A DNA stretch of 64,000 nucleotides from Patescibacteria group bacterium (GCA_026415975.1 JAOAFZ010000002.1:49390-113389), one strand, 5' to 3'; shown: positions 28,021 through 37,291, numbered from the stretch's first letter. Program-made: numbers and translations. Notes: generated by a model from the letters alone, not told the origin.

Positions 28021-31000
28021 GTTGTAGATGGCAATCCCAACATCCTGAAGTCCAGCCGGCTTACCGATGGCACTGCTGACGGCGGTGCGCGGTCAAGCCG
28101 TTGAATCTGAAACTGCGCGGTGCTACCAAAATAGCCAGCTGGAACTGCGAGAGAAATTCCGCGACCTGTTCCATCGAGGAGGGAAATGGTACCGCCTACT
28201 GAGGGAAGTATTGTATCGGTCTCTACCTCAAGAGCCGATGAGCTACCAGCACAACCTGTTGTGGTGATCTCGGCAACTGCACCCTGCCCAATGTTATGGG
28301 CCAGATCAGTGGTGCTTGGTCGCACCACGTAGGTGGTGCAAGGCAGAAGGCCTAGGATAGAAGCAGTGTGAGCGGTAACTCGCGGATAAAGATTTGTTTC
28401 GCTCGTAACGCTGGAGGGCAGGGTTACACCATAGTAAAGACGGCTTGAGCCTGACTCCGTACTGTTCCAGGTTGCGCTGATCGTGGTGTCAGATGGCGTA
28501 TACAGACTACCAAAGATTCCAGGCGGTGTGGTATCTTCTGTGATCGGCTCATTGAAATGCACTGACCAGTTGTAGAGAGCAGAGCTATAAAGTGATGTGG
28601 TGGAATCTGAGTCGCGCAAATTTCCACGAGCAGAATCAACAGAGTCGGCACCGGGGCGTGCGCCGGATACACCGGTATAGGCGTATCTGAGGAGCTGATT
28701 ACTTCCGCTCGGAGTGCTGTCGAGGGTAATTCGTACAGTATCTTGACCATCCATTGCCACGGAACTGATTGATGCTGTGTTTCCGTCGTCGGCGTATTCA
28801 AAGCCCATATGTGTTTGTGCTAAAACCTGTACGGTATCAAAAACCAACGGTGATTCCGGAACTTCGAACCGTACAGAGACAACATCCCCGTTCCGGACTA
28901 CCTCAGCCGGTATGAGTGCAGTTGTGGTCTGCCCGTTGAGTACCCGACTTATGGCCTTGCCATAGTACTCCCTAAGCCGTCGATAGCCTGAGTTTGTAAG
29001 GTAGATGTTATCTGAGGCATACGTAAATTGATAGCGTGGCCCGATCATGTAAATATCCGGGTTGTTTCGTGCGACATTCAGCTGTGCAATAACAAGTGGC
29101 GCGGTTGCTAGGTTATAAGCGGTAAAATTACTGCTTTGATCGATAAAAAATGGAACGTTTCCTGTTTGATCCGCTGCGTTGTTTCCGTCGGTTTCGTAAT
29201 CTTGCTGCCACTGGTTCAAGAAGGTTTCGTAGGCAAGGCCATCGGCAAAGTTAGCTGGGCCGTGAATCATGGCTACACCGGCAAAGCGGTACCCGAACCC
29301 GCCGCTTGCTGCGATCGTTCGCGCGTTTGTTATCTGAGTAATGCCGTTTGCAAACGATGTGGTTGTACCTCCTTTGCGTAGCTGATCATATGTGGCTCCG
29401 GGAATCCCGTTTCTGGTGACCACCATTCCTAGATTGCCTCCAGTAAGCGCCGTGACCGTGTTCCCGAGGGCTGATGCAGGAGTCTCAACTGCAGTTGCCG
29501 GAAGGTTATCGTCTACATCGTCGTTCTCGATCAAGCTCACAAATGCGGTGCCGGTTCCATTGAGCTTTACATTGTTGTATGGCTGTGAGGTAGTAAGAGC
29601 AGGCGCACCATCGTAACCGATTGAAAGGCTTTGGCCAGCAAGAAGTATGTGAAAATACCCAGGCTGAACAGGACCGTAACTTACGCTTTGCACGAGCAAC
29701 CCGTCGGTGGGAGGGGAAGTAGAACGAGGGGTAACCTCGAAGCGCAGGTATCGGCCTTCGTCTGAAGGCGAGACTGTGTACGATTGCGCCGTTGCTCCGG
29801 CAATTGCCGTAAATGGACCGCCGGCAGAAAACGATGACATCCAACGGAAAGTGATGCCACTTTCTGGGTCACCGTTTGGATCAAGATACTGATATGAGCC
29901 AGTTATCGTTTCCCCAGTTGCGACTGTACCGCTTATTACTACGTTTTGTGCAATGGGGGGAGCGGGGGTTGTAGATATGGGCGTTGCGGATTGAATTGCT
30001 GAGGCCGAGCCCATGCCCTGACTGTTTATTGCTGAAACCCAAAACTGATACAGTTGCCCATTTGTAAGTCCGGTTACGATTGCCGAGGTTGCTGTTGATA
30101 GGCCATCTGGGAATACGCTAAAGCTACCACTTGTTCCGGGACGGTATTCAATTTGATAGTCGGTAATTGGAAAGCCGTTGTCTCCAGGCTCTGTCCATGA
30201 CAAAGACACCTGCGCATCCTGAGGAGTTGCGGTAAGGCCGGTTGGAGCATCGGGCACTTGTGCCTGAGACTCCGGGCCGGCTGAGGTTGTTGGTGGGTTT
30301 TGGGCAAACTTTCGAACCAAAACCCAGTCGACTGCCAAATCGGAGATATCGGTTGCCCCCGAATTCGACCCACGAAAATACCCTAGCCAAAGGTAAAACG
30401 ACCCCGACCAGCCTGGGGTATGGGGCGACTCGGTACCTGGTAATTCAGTTCTGTTCCGGTAAAAGTAGACATTTGTACTAGTAATCGCCGTTCCGATTAT
30501 GTACTTTGTACCGGTTGTCATCGACGCAAGTAAGTTGGCGGGGGAAGCAATGTCGTACGATGCACTTGCTCCTGAGGCCGCAAGCCCATAATGATCTGAT
30601 GCGCCACTACCGCGCAAGAAATATGCTAGCGAGGCGGCACTGGGGTTGTTTGAGGAATCGGTGTCTGTCCTGTTGGCAATCATAAGACCGGACTGGCTCA
30701 GATCGTTATTTATCCAGGTTGCCTGAGCTTCTGCAATCATATTTGGTTGCGTTCCAACGGTTGCATTTGTATACACAGCACCGGATTGAATCGTAATGGT
30801 ATCCCCGGCAAGCGAATAACCACTTGCCCCATTGGTAGAGGTCCAAACCGAGCCATCAAGAGTAGTAAAGCTGTCGAAGAAATCAAAGGTTGCACTCCCG
30901 TTTGTTCCTGCTGAGGCAGAAGGGGAGCCATAGTACAAGTATATTGTTTTATCTGACGATGCCGGAATGGTAGGAACTCGTATCCAGATTCGCGTGGATG

Positions 31001-32219
31001 CTGTATTGCAACCATTAGTCCCCTCTGTCTCGATCCAATAGAACAAATTCGTAGTCTGATCCGAATCGCGCACCCGCATGTCGTCACAATCTGCTTGGAG
31101 CTTTCCAGCGCCAATGAGTCCCGCTGTGTCTATGGTAAGGAGCACCTGAAAATCGGATAGAACAAAGGACTCGTTGTTTGTGATTGTAATCGGAACACGG
31201 TATGTCGTACCATCAGGAAAGCTACCTGGAACTATTGTCGGTGTAGGTGTCGGCGTTGGTGTAGGTGTCGGTGTTGGCGTGTCTGTCGGCGTCGGCCCGC
31301 TAAACGGCGAGTCTGCCACCCAAGCAGGCCCGGAAGGTGATCCACCTATATTGAGCGTCCCGTTGCTTGGTCCGCCAGACGCCGAGGAGTAATCGCGCAG
31401 AATGCTCCCTTCGCCTTCATCGAAGTGGTACAAGGAGGCAGTATTCGCATCAGGAATAAATGGTGCAGACGGAAGCGTGAATGAGGATGTATACCGCAAG
31501 TTTGTTGAGATCCGTAACTCATCTAGCTTTCCGTTGTATGACGGGTACGCCGAACCTGCATCATGTTTTTCAGCACCGAGAACAATATAAGGGTCGCGAA
31601 TGCAGATTCCACCCCAGCTGCCGCCGGGACCCTGACAGTAAGGTGTGCTCTGAATGCTCGCAGGGACTCCATCAGGGTACGACACATCGCCATCCGGGCC
31701 ATCCTGTTGCTGTTCGAGCACGCCGTCGACAAATATTGACATCTGTCCATCGGAGTAACGGCGCGTTACAGCAATATGATGCCAGTTCGAATCGGTTACG
31801 TCGGTTGTACCGCAGATGGTTGTTGCCTCATTGAGATCATTTACCACGCCAAATGCAATTGCACCGTTTTCGGTAGGCGAGATACCGTACTTTCTTCCGT
31901 AGTTGAAGCGGTTTTTGTCGTAGATAATGTTTCCGTTAATCCAGTTATTTTGGTTCACATTGCATCCGACGTCTGTTGCACCGGCTCTACTTTGAGTGCC
32001 CGCTTTAATCCAAAATTCGATCGTAAAGTCGGTATCCCCGACATCTGCCGGGCGGTGCGGGGAATCGACAGCGATCACCACCCTGTCCTGATCGAGCGCG
32101 TTCACGCCATTCCCGTAAAATTGGAGTGAGTACTGAGCATCCGCATCCTGTTCTGCGGATATCGAAATAGCCGGCGGATTGGCTACATATTGACGTGTTA
32201 ACACCCAGTCTACAGTCAT
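28017..32219 (-). CDS. large surface protein, intact central ORF (LamG-like, PT linker, DUF2341-like module, FN3, esterase-like region)
   Basis: LamG-like DFTIEFWIKAG...WHHIAVTRRYSDGQMSIFVDGV, then the PTPTDTPTPTPTPTPTPTPT linker. The DUF2341-like module reads YRVPITITNN...CDDMRVRDSDQTTNLFYWIE...IYLYYG. The FN3 segment is PDAPTGLTATPQDAQVSLSWTEPGDNGFPITDYQIEY. HILLAGQSLSIG resembles GQSN-type sialate-O-acetylesterase motifs. There is no signal peptide at Met 32219. Confidence 0.7.
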   Translation of the reverse strand: MTVDWVLTRQYVANPPAISISAEQDADAQYSLQFYGNGVNALDQDRVVIAVDSPHRPADVGDTDFTIEFWIKAGTQSRAGATDVGCNVNQNNWINGNIIYDKNRFNYGRKYGISPTENGAIAFGVVNDLNEATTICGTTDVTDSNWHHIAVTRRYSDGQMSIFVDGVLEQQQDGPDGDVSYPDGVPASIQSTPYCQGPGGSWGGICIRDPYIVLGAEKHDAGSAYPSYNGKLDELRISTNLRYTSSFTLPSAPFIPDANTASLYHFDEGEGSILRDYSSASGGPSNGTLNIGGSPSGPAWVADSPFSGPTPTDTPTPTPTPTPTPTPTIVPGSFPDGTTYRVPITITNNESFVLSDFQVLLTIDTAGLIGAGKLQADCDDMRVRDSDQTTNLFYWIETEGTNGCNTASTRIWIRVPTIPASSDKTIYLYYGSPSASAGTNGSATFDFFDSFTTLDGSVWTSTNGASGYSLAGDTITIQSGAVYTNATVGTQPNMIAEAQATWINNDLSQSGLMIANRTDTDSSNNPSAASLAYFLRGSGASDHYGLAASGASASYDIASPANLLASMTTGTKYIIGTAITSTNVYFYRNRTELPGTESPHTPGWSGSFYLWLGYFRGSNSGATDISDLAVDWVLVRKFAQNPPTTSAGPESQAQVPDAPTGLTATPQDAQVSLSWTEPGDNGFPITDYQIEYRPGTSGSFSVFPDGLSTATSAIVTGLTNGQLYQFWVSAINSQGMGSASAIQSATPISTTPAPPIAQNVVISGTVATGETITGSYQYLDPNGDPESGITFRWMSSFSAGGPFTAIAGATAQSYTVSPSDEGRYLRFEVTPRSTSPPTDGLLVQSVSYGPVQPGYFHILLAGQSLSIGYDGAPALTTSQPYNNVKLNGTGTAFVSLIENDDVDDNLPATAVETPASALGNTVTALTGGNLGMVVTRNGIPGATYDQLRKGGTTTSFANGITQITNARTIAASGGFGYRFAGVAMIHGPANFADGLAYETFLNQWQQDYETDGNNAADQTGNVPFFIDQSSNFTAYNLATAPLVIAQLNVARNNPDIYMIGPRYQFTYASDNIYLTNSGYRRLREYYGKAISRVLNGQTTTALIPAEVVRNGDVVSVRFEVPESPLVFDTVQVLAQTHMGFEYADDGNTASISSVAMDGQDTVRITLDSTPSGSNQLLRYAYTGVSGARPGADSVDSARGNLRDSDSTTSLYSSALYNWSVHFNEPITEDTTPPGIFGSLYTPSDTTISATWNSTESGSSRLYYGVTLPSSVTSETNLYPRVTAHTASILGLLPCTTYVVRPSTTDLAHNIGQGAVAEITTTGCAGSSSALEVETDTILPSVGGTISLLDGTGRGISLAVPAGYFGSTAQFQIQRLDRAPPSAVPSVSRLDFRMLGLPSTT

Positions 32220-33220
32220 ATCGGTAATATCGGTGGTGCCAGCGTTTATACCATTAAAATGGCCCAGCCATCAATAAAACGGATCCGACCAGGTGCCATC
32301 ATAGGGGCTGGTCGGACCCGTAACGACCGTGCGATCCAGGTAGTAGTAAAGGTTGCTGTTAGTAACTGCCGTTCCGATAATGAACTTTTGGTCGAATGCA
32401 ATTGCTCCAAGATCGTCAACTGGCGCAATATCGTAGCCTGCCGCGCTACCTGAGGCACCGTTGCCAAACAGATTGTTCACACTGGCACTGCCACCGCGGA
32501 GAATAAAAGAAAGTGACGCGGCGGTGCCGTTTCCTGAGGTGATGTTGCGTGTGTCTGCGATGATAAGACTGGCAATACCAGCCTGAGTTGCGCTATTCCA
32601 GCTCACCTGAGCCTCAGCTATCGTGTTTGGCTGAGTGCCAACGGTTGTGTTGGTGTAAACCGCTCCAGAGTTTATCGTAAGGGAACTTCCGCTCTAAGAG
32701 TATCCCGATACGCCATTAGTCGAGGTCCAAACAGAATTATCAAACGAGGTAAAATCATCGAAGAATGGGAACGTATTTGCTCCGTTTGATGCCGCAGGCA
32801 ACGCGGAATCTCCGTAGTAGACGTAGATATATCGCGTAGAATTTGCCGGTATCGAGGGTACTTCCACCCAGATTCAGGTAGCAGTTGTGTTGCAGCCTGT
32901 GGAGTTATCAGTTTCGATCCAGTAATCAAGGAGAGTGGACTCATCTGCGTCCCGAAAACGCAGATCGTTGCAGTCGCTACGCAACTTGTTTGCTGAGATT
33001 AAAGCGGCAGTATCGAGAGTAACGAGAATCTGGTAGTTCGTAAGTGCTGAGTTGCCGGTATTATCGATTGAGATGACACGGCGGTACTGAGTGTTGCCTG
33101 GGCCTGAGGCAAAGACCTCTGGTGCTTGGTACGAAAACCTAAGTAGAAGCCGATTACTCCGACTCCCACTGCAAGAAAGAAAGCCCACGAAAATCGTATT
33201 AGAGTACTTATTAGCCTCAT
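32220..33220 (-). pseudogene. disrupted N-terminal portion of the same surface-protein gene (signal-anchor plus a first DUF2341-like module)
   Basis: ATG 33220 gives MRLISTLIRFSWAFFLAVGVGVIGFYLGF (TM anchor). A frameshift at the T-run near 33133-33138 leads into YQAPEVFASGPGNTQYRRVISIDNTGNS.... This is the same frame as ORF 28017-32219 but is interrupted by TGA 32874-32876, TAG 32694-32696 and TGA 32271-32273. Each stop aligns to R, L and L respectively in the downstream paralogous module. Confidence 0.75.
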
Positions 33221-33386
33221 TATACAAAGTTTTTATACAAAGTTTTTGGCAGTATGTCTTCTGCAAGCTCGTACTAAATCTGCAATAAGTGTTTTTAGTA
33301 ACATCTACATCAAAGAGTCATTTGGTTTGGCTTAAGCTTCGAATGAAGGCGTAACAAATAGAAACTGTAAGCGATTGCTTAAGAGG

Positions 33387-33617
33387 CTATTTTTTCCTTA
33401 AAGCTCCCACTGCCTCGCCCTCGATTGGAATAACTGGATCTATCAGTGTTTGGGAACTCATCAGCATGCTCCCCAGAAGCATGATAATGCCGACAATCTG
33501 GCTCGCGGTAAACGTATTCTGAAAAAACACTACCCCAATTACCAGTGCCGATGCCGGCCAGGCAAGCTCACAAATGGTGGCGACACGAGCTGGAGTGTGT
33601 TTTAATCCTCGGTAATA
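33387..33617 (-). pseudogene. orphan 3'-terminal fragment of an EamA/DMT transporter gene
   Basis: It encodes ...YYRGLKHTPARVATICELAWPASALVIGVVFFQNTFTASQIVGIIMLLGSML..., homologous to only the last ~75 residues of the EamA gene at 41736-42737. Homology ends at 33617. Confidence 0.8.
33550..33617. repeat. 68-bp perfect direct repeat, left copy (candidate att core)
   Basis: Identical base-for-base to 41899-41966 (gatgccggccaggcaagctcacaaatggtggcgacacgagctggagtgtgttttaatcctcggtaata), compared by eye. Confidence 0.9.
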
Positions 33618-33648
33618 GGGTAATTCGGCCGCCGGATGTAATTCTCTG

Positions 33649-34116
33649 CTACCGGATATAGTCTTCAAGGAGGTGATAGTATTTATCCTGAATGTCTTTC
33701 CGGACCCAGCGTTCGGTGAGGCGTTTTATTGAGCCATTTTCTGCACGGATAGCTGTACAGTTTTCATAATAGAAGCCGGAGCCGGTGGCCAAAAACAGAT
33801 ACGAGGGATCCCAGCGCCGAAGTATTGTATGAATCCTGTCCGCGATCGTCTCACGATCAATACGGCGCATATAGTCTACTTCCACGACCATGACATCGGT
33901 TTTATCCTGCGAAATCAATACATAATCCGGTGCGGCGGTAAGATTCTCGAGAATTTTGCGGACATAGGGGTGCCGTTTATGCTCACTAAGCGTCTCGATG
34001 GAGTCGGCGTGACCGATCGGGATTACCGTATATCTGCCAGCCTCGCGGAACATTTGTTCAAAAACAGTAGCAGTGATCTTCCGACGAATGAGTCTGTGGA
34101 GAGCTCGGGTTTCCAT
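33649..34116 (-). CDS. small PD-(D/E)XK-like (Hjc/restriction-endonuclease-fold) protein
   Basis: The pattern VFEQMF...PDYVLISQDKTDVMVVEVDY fits the E...D...E-x-(K/D) layout of the fold. This assignment is tentative. TATACT sits 6 nt upstream of the ATG. Confidence 0.45.
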   Translation of the reverse strand: METRALHRLIRRKITATVFEQMFREAGRYTVIPIGHADSIETLSEHKRHPYVRKILENLTAAPDYVLISQDKTDVMVVEVDYMRRIDRETIADRIHTILRRWDPSYLFLATGSGFYYENCTAIRAENGSIKRLTERWVRKDIQDKYYHLLEDYIR

Positions 34117-34122
34117 AGCCTC

Positions 34123-34128
34123 AGTATA
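34123..34128 (-). promoter_or_regulatory. -10 box (TATACT) 6 nt upstream of ATG 34116
   Basis: The plus-strand agtata reads TATACT on the minus strand. Confidence 0.45.
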
Positions 34129-34490
34129 GTACTTCCGAATGAAAAAAGTCAGTGTCCCCGCACACGATTTCTTCGATGATCAAGTCTTCATACACTCCTT
34201 CCCAATCTCTGTGTGTACGGGTCGGAAAGTTCTTCTTCGGACATGCGATGCCTTAAGAGGGCAAACCGGAAGTGGCCGTACTATATCTTGGGGTTTACTT
34301 CAACAACTCGGGAACGCAGATGCCGAGGAGAAACCAGCGAAGCTTGCAACCGTGGAAACTTTCTTTTATACACAACAGAAAAGAAAGAGTATAGGGAGTG
34401 CCATCTTTCGAGCGTTGCAGGTTGATTCTTTCGATGCTGTAGCTAAAATTAGTGTCGAATCGCCTCGATTTCTGATTTGGTACTGTTTTC

Positions 34491-35398
34491 TCACCCAATC
34501 AACATCCCGTCCGACACCCACCCCCGCAGCCGCTCCGGCAGTACTTCGTCTATCCTCCGCATATCCTCATCCACAATCTCAATCAGCGTCAGGCCATACT
34601 TTTGGTAGATCGCGACCTTCTCCTCCCGCCGTTCCGTGTACACCGGGTTATCCATTCCCCAGGCCTCGATATATACGTTGCCCTTGCCGCAATCGGGGAT
34701 CCAGAAGTCGCAGAAAAGGCATTCGGCTACCGGAACCCGCCGTTCGTACCCATGGCAGATCCGGTTGCGGAAGAGCCAGTCGTCGATAATCTGCTCCATG
34801 CGGCTGCGGACAATGTGCCCGTCGGTACAATAGATGTCCGGGCGGGGAAGTCTGCTAGTGGGGAGGTGCAGATCGCACTCTGTGTTTGTGGTTTCCGGAA
34901 GCGGGCGTTGCAGGTGCTGCTGCCGGAACACGGCAAAGAGTTTGGTGCAGGCCTCACCGGAGATCTGAGTATGGGGGTATTCGCCGGTGTCGGTGCGGGT
35001 AAAGGGAACGATGTTTTGCAGGTGGTCGCGGTGAATGCGCCGGTACGAGCTGGTAGGCTGTATGCGTACCTGCACGGGAAGCCGGCCGCCCCAGGCATCC
35101 GGCTCAAATTCCCACTGTACCCCTGAGGCGGCTACGAAGGGCCCCAGGAACTCGTGGGTGGAGTAGTTGTACAGAAAAAGCGAGTTCCCGGGCTGAACGC
35201 CATCAACAAAGTGATAGCTGCAGCCATGCCAAAGAGGTTGCGATCCAGGCATTCCGCCTCGGACTGAGCGTTGCAGCAGAAGATATAGGCATGGTCGGGA
35301 AGAGTTTGATCGAGTAGGGGGGCTGTGTCGGCAGCAGCGGGTATCCCGGGAGTGCTCCCTGGGAACTTATCCTGAGAAGTTTGTGCTGGTATTTGCAT
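34491..35398 (-). pseudogene. DCD (PUA-like) domain fused to a PD-(D/E)XK-type nuclease domain; one frameshift near 35200-35230
   Basis: ORF 35132-35398 gives HAYIFCCNAQSEAECLDRNLFG. ORF 34491-35252 continues in another frame with SYHFVDGVQPGNSLFLYNYSTHEFLGPFVAASGVQWEFEPDAWGGRLPVQVRIQP. Together they closely match the plant-type DCD consensus (IFxCNxxTxxECxxxxLFGLP...PGxxLFLxNYxxxxLxGxFxAxSxG...P.QV). The C-terminus VRSRMEQIIDDWLFRNRICHGYERRV...CDFWIPDCGKGNVYIEAWG...YQKYGLTLIEI resembles the nuclease module found at the N-termini of HelD/Rep-like helicases. Confidence 0.65.
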
Positions 35399-35403
35399 GA
35401 TTT

Positions 35404-35409
35404 ATTCTA
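35404..35409 (-). promoter_or_regulatory. -10 box (TAGAAT) 5 nt upstream of ATG 35398
   Basis: The plus-strand attcta reads TAGAAT on the minus strand. Confidence 0.45.
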
Positions 35410-35629
35410 ACGGAAAGGTATGCAGGAGTGTCAAATTCAGTTTGTGCTAGAATACTATAGTCTCTATAGAAACCATGACGTAACTCGCGAAACCGTTCCT
35501 CGCCTTTGCTTCAAAAACGCTTTCTGATCCGTCCGTAAGCAAGGGGGTATGAACCTGCTGAATGCATATGAATGGTGAAGCTGGAGCACATACTTTACAC
35601 TGGGGATTTTTGTCAGAATTTATGTCTAG

Positions 35630-37195
35630 ATGGTATCTGCTTTACAGAGTAGAATTCATGACATTATTTTAGCGTTCACTATGTGCGAGCATCAGAGCAT
35701 ATCAGAGTTGTCGCTAGCACACCAGCGAGCAATAGATTGTATCCAGATTATTCCGAAAGAAAAATTGGAGCAGATTGAAGCAGATTCAGACAGCTCGCCC
35801 CCAACTATTCAGGGAACCGGTGATACACTTCTTACTGCCAGCACAGCGGAAACTGGCGCTCCTGAATTTGAACTATATTACGCAGTAGCAACAAACAGAA
35901 TTGCAATACAGGCCAGAGAACTGCTATTAAAGGGAGTTTCCCGAAAACAGCTCCTCGAGATGCGATCCGAGCTTGCTCGTTTCCAGAGGCACAGTTTAGC
36001 CCTCTATCTTGGGGAAACCGAATTGAGATTACCCCGATCAACTCAAGATGTCATGGAGATGGAAGTAAACAATTACGCCACCCTGGTAAATATGGTCAAT
36101 AGAGCAATCATGCTTCAGATTAGAGACCTGGCAACAACAGATTCTGAGCCAGACATTACCGTGCGGGCTTTAGATCTTGCCCATATGTATCTTGAAATGG
36201 AGGAAAAAAACTTGGCGGTAGAAAGACGTATACTGCAAGAAGAAGTTCGCATTAGCGTACATCGTGATGTGATGTGGCAAGCAAGAACATATGCATGCAA
36301 TGGGTTCATGAACAGTCCGGGCTGGCATAACCTCAGCGATAATGATAGAGAAAGTTTCTTGAAACTGAGCGAACACGACCGGGCTTTTCTACTTGGTCTT
36401 GAATTAAAAGCACAACAAGCCGGCATGGCACGAGATCGTATCAAGCTTGTAAGTGTGCACGATATAGATGCAAACATAAAGGATGCAGAAATCGGTCCGT
36501 CGAAACCGGGAAATGCCATAGGCACACGGATTGACAAACTCGACAGGATAACCGATATACATCCGAGACAGCGTCTACAACTAACCGACAGTTCTCAAGT
36601 TGATCCTGATCCTCAAATTGCCGAAGTTTGCAATGCAATGTACGTCCGATCCGGATTGAGAGATTCAGTAATTTTTAAGGATGCAAGAAATTTTGCAGAG
36701 CGCTGCTGTCGTGCACAACTTCCCTTTTATTTACTGACAGCAAATATGTACCTTTTTGGTAAAGGAACTGCTATGGGTCTTGGATTTGATCATGCGGATG
36801 TTCAAGGAATGCACCACAATAGCTATGCTTCTCAGGGGAAACCTCACCGGCTGATGGAAATTGCTCTCGAACACTTGGATTATTCAATATTCCTCTTTGT
36901 AGATGATCAGGATAGAAGAAGTTGCGAAGCGATAGCCCGTGGCAGTATCTTCGAAGCCGTGCACCTTCCACTGCAAGAGGTCTACTTTTTTTGTGCTCGT
37001 GTACAGGGCGAAGGGGAGCAAGGCGGACACCGATTCGCAGAAAGACTTGCGGAAAAAAATATCGCATTTGGGCAAAACAGACGTGAATCACGGGAAGATG
37101 GTTTGTATGGATATCAGGGAGCAAACCGGCTCCTGGATCTTTATACTGCATGGCAAGAAGGGAAATTTAAGTATTTGACCCTGTTGTGTTCGTGA
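35630..37195 (+). CDS. hypothetical protein (521 aa, no recognisable domain)
   Basis: A long ORF in coding-like sequence, first gene of a same-strand four-gene run. No motif was recognised by eye. Confidence 0.5.
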   Translation: MVSALQSRIHDIILAFTMCEHQSISELSLAHQRAIDCIQIIPKEKLEQIEADSDSSPPTIQGTGDTLLTASTAETGAPEFELYYAVATNRIAIQARELLLKGVSRKQLLEMRSELARFQRHSLALYLGETELRLPRSTQDVMEMEVNNYATLVNMVNRAIMLQIRDLATTDSEPDITVRALDLAHMYLEMEEKNLAVERRILQEEVRISVHRDVMWQARTYACNGFMNSPGWHNLSDNDRESFLKLSEHDRAFLLGLELKAQQAGMARDRIKLVSVHDIDANIKDAEIGPSKPGNAIGTRIDKLDRITDIHPRQRLQLTDSSQVDPDPQIAEVCNAMYVRSGLRDSVIFKDARNFAERCCRAQLPFYLLTANMYLFGKGTAMGLGFDHADVQGMHHNSYASQGKPHRLMEIALEHLDYSIFLFVDDQDRRSCEAIARGSIFEAVHLPLQEVYFFCARVQGEGEQGGHRFAERLAEKNIAFGQNRRESREDGLYGYQGANRLLDLYTAWQEGKFKYLTLLCS

Positions 37196-37291
37196 CAATA
37201 CCCTGACATTCTGCTGATGCTATTCGTTTGTCAAGATTTTGCAACCCGTGCGAGAAATAATTTCTAATCTACCCGTTATACTTAACGCAAC

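Noticed and set aside
31235-31300. Short-period GGTGT/GGCGT repeats here, and also at ~27285-27320, ~27740-27790 and ~62180-62275, looked like tandem repeats or a mini-array.
   Set aside because: They are the antisense of (Pro-Thr)n linker codons inside long minus-strand ORFs. There are no spacer/repeat units, so this is not CRISPR.
32271-32876. In-frame TGA/TAG/TGA codons might indicate stop-codon reassignment (for example a UGA-sense code) or selenocysteine/pyrrolysine recoding.
   Set aside because: TGA cleanly terminates many well-conserved genes here, for example at 1458-1460, 55151-55153 and 56489-56491. The three stops align to different residues (R, L, L) in the paralogous module and include both TGA and TAG. 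Each is one substitution away from a sense codon, so they read as ordinary nonsense mutations.
30290-33125. The two paralogous modules in the surface-protein gene could be a DGR template/variable repeat pair.
   Set aside because: There is no reverse transcriptase in the window. The copies differ throughout rather than only at adenine-templated positions, and they are far more diverged than TR/VR pairs.
33221-33250. A direct 13-nt duplication (AAACTTTGTATAA AAACTTTGTATAA) just upstream of ATG 33220.
   Set aside because: It is too short and isolated to interpret. It is probably promoter-region slippage, with TATAAA/TATAAT-like boxes, and was not pursued.
34139-34789. A 216-aa plus-strand ORF between and over the nuclease genes.
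   Set aside because: It is Arg/Pro/Ser-rich low-complexity sequence, and about half of it is antisense to the well-supported DCD-nuclease ORF. This is typical shadow-ORF behaviour.
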